Positions 62,405 to 64,000 of a stretch of DNA of 64,000 bases are shown in pieces. The stretch covers positions 4,106,449 to 4,170,448 of the forward strand of contig OZ242315.1 of the NCBI GenBank assembly GCA_965207975.1, read 5' to 3'. The notes beneath the pieces were generated by a model, which saw only the letters and a list, made by a program, of their open reading frames with translations, was not told the origin of the DNA and made no database searches. The position numbers and the translations under genes were made by a program. This DNA comes from Candidatus Poribacteria bacterium (lineage in GTDB: Bacteria > Poribacteria > WGA-4E > PCPOR2b). Position 1 is the stretch's first letter. Each line of letters starts with the position of its first letter.

Positions 62405-63108
62405 CAGTTTGCCTCCTCTTGGATTAAACGTTGAATATCTTCAAATCCATCCTGAAACAGCTTGTGTTCCTCAGCGACAAGGAAGCGGACCAGAGACATA
62501 CCGTGTCTTTCTAGTTCTATTAAAAAGAGCTGCGCCTTGCTGTTGAAATAGTAGTAGGCAACATATGTTGGTAGCGCGATCATTAACCCAGCGGCTGTTG
62601 TGATTAAGGCTTGGGAGATACCGGCAGCAATCTCGCTTGACTGTCCCACCTGTCCTTCCACTTCATAAAGGTTGCCAAATGAGGCGATCATGCCGAGAAA
62701 TGTGCCAAGTAAGCCTATATATATCGCAACAGCAGACAACATTCCCAAAGTATGGAGGTATCGCGTCAATTTCGGTTTCTCGCCATTGATGGATAAACGG
62801 ATGACCCGTTTAAGGGTTTCCTCATCGGCGTTTCTGTGTTCTATTCCAGTGCGAAGAATATTTGTCAAAGGCCCTGGTCGCCTCTCACACATCTGGATTG
62901 CGATTTCAGGATTGCCCTGCACAAGTTCATGATAGATGCTGCGGGTCACAAACTGTGATGGAATGACTCGTTCACGGCGCAGATGATAAATCCGTTCCAT
63001 AATAATCGCGTGTGCACAGATCGAACAACCGATCAGGGGGATGAGAAGGATTCCGCCCTCACTCAACTGTTCTAATCCTAAAATGATCATCTCAATCGGG
63101 TTGCCCAT
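62404..63108 (-). CDS. MotA/TolQ/ExbB proton channel family protein
   Basis: GLLGTFLGMI, GISQALITTAAGL. Confidence 0.92.
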   Translation of the reverse strand: MGNPIEMIILGLEQLSEGGILLIPLIGCSICAHAIIMERIYHLRRERVIPSQFVTRSIYHELVQGNPEIAIQMCERRPGPLTNILRTGIEHRNADEETLKRVIRLSINGEKPKLTRYLHTLGMLSAVAIYIGLLGTFLGMIASFGNLYEVEGQVGQSSEIAAGISQALITTAAGLMIALPTYVAYYYFNSKAQLFLIELERHGMSLVRFLVAEEHKLFQDGFEDIQRLIQEEAN

Positions 63109-63142
63109 GATAGATTTGTTTTCCTATCCCGCTGTAAAGCGG

Positions 63143-64000
63143 TCAAAATTTTAACTCAATCCCGAAATCAAAGTTACTCTGCGACAGTTCATACATTTCT
63201 AATAGACGGTACTCTCCAATCGCAAACGCGCCACCAACAAAGGCATTAATATAGCCTCCAATTGTTTTGCTTAATTTGGGTTTCAACAGGAGATAGCCGT
63301 TTAATGTTTCATCGGTCATCGTATCAACATATCTGGGGCCCTGCAATTCGGCTTTAAGCGCGACATGGAACTCCGATGGAAGGTGATACACCACATCCAG
63401 ATCGATACGATCCGCTGCTCTATAAGGGATTTGCTCACCCATTGTTGGTGTTGAAACCTCATGTGTGTATCGAAACCGCAGGTCGAGACGGTCAACAATG
63501 CGAGCGGAAATAAGCAGCTGTCCGCCGTAGATTGATGCCTCAATATTCGTCGGAGTCCATGAAAGCTCTGCCTTGGCGGTTTCAGTCGATGGCACACCAA
63601 TCTTTTCGAGATGTTCCTTCAGGGGAGTAAGGACCACGAGATCGTCTATCTGTCTTGCGAAACCGGATAGATCAACTTCAAATTTCGCACCTCGATGATG
63701 CTTTAGTGTAATTTGTGCGTTCCAAGCCTTTTCCGGACGGAGGAGTGAGTTGAGGCTGATGTAATCTGTGTCAAAGTAAAGTGTCGACAATCGGTGCCGC
63801 GTAATTGTCCGAACCCCTTCAATTCGGATTAACCACTGTTTGTCAAGATGGGTTGTCAAAACAAGAGACGGGTTTAACTGCAAGTCCACTTTATTTTCGC
63901 TAGTTTCAGCGTCAGTCTGTTGCGGCGTGTCCGTTATGTTTAATTGTGGGTCTGCCTCCTCCTCGCCAATTTCAGTGCCGCTTTGTTGAGGTACGTCTGT
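63143..64000 (-). CDS. Outer-membrane beta-barrel protein, TonB-receptor-like C-terminus (5' end outside window)
   Basis: Frame open to the window edge; amphipathic strands, LNGYLLL, terminal GIELKF with C-terminal Phe. Confidence 0.7.
   Translation of the reverse strand, partial: TDVPQQSGTEIGEEEADPQLNITDTPQQTDAETSENKVDLQLNPSLVLTTHLDKQWLIRIEGVRTITRHRLSTLYFDTDYISLNSLLRPEKAWNAQITLKHHRGAKFEVDLSGFARQIDDLVVLTPLKEHLEKIGVPSTETAKAELSWTPTNIEASIYGGQLLISARIVDRLDLRFRYTHEVSTPTMGEQIPYRAADRIDLDVVYHLPSEFHVALKAELQGPRYVDTMTDETLNGYLLLKPKLSKTIGGYINAFVGGAFAIGEYRLLEMYELSQSNFDFGIELKF

Noticed and set aside
1-64000. rRNA, tRNA, tmRNA or prophage genes
   Set aside because: No cloverleaf/T-loop signatures, rRNA motifs or phage structural/integrase genes recognised by eye; a covariance-model scan would be needed to exclude them fully

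Overview
Bacterial chromosomal window using the standard genetic code. The gene content (PhyH-HEAT fusion, many Gfo/Idh/MocA and aldo-keto reductases, TonB/ExbB envelope genes, dense REP/MITE-like repeats) resembles Candidatus Poribacteria, but that assignment is my inference. 0-13.5 kb is an accessory hotspot: a PARIS-type AAA-ATPase/DUF4435 defence pair, a PIN toxin module, and three IS elements with visible inverted repeats and target-site duplications (two IS982, one IS4). One IS982 splits an epimerase gene whose frame is restored when the element is removed. 13.5-39 kb is mostly housekeeping: moaB, stand-alone tandem PurS, MATE, nrdR-nrdJ, tauE, EF-G2, smc, queG, and rpoB-rpoC detached from the ribosomal protein operons, both subunits carrying unusual insertions. 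39-55 kb is catabolic oxidoreductases and transporters. 55-64 kb encodes uncharacterised envelope proteins and an OM barrel-ExbB-TonB-TPR lipoprotein cluster lacking ExbD. The strongest leads are: a promoter-driven, structured, orphan IS200/IS605 right-end (TnpB omega-RNA-like) element in the queG leader; a palindrome inserted in frame in a HAD gene; nested REP/MITE repeat families; and an unannotated 46-aa membrane ORF with a structured leader upstream of tauE. No rRNA, tRNA or CRISPR array was recognised.
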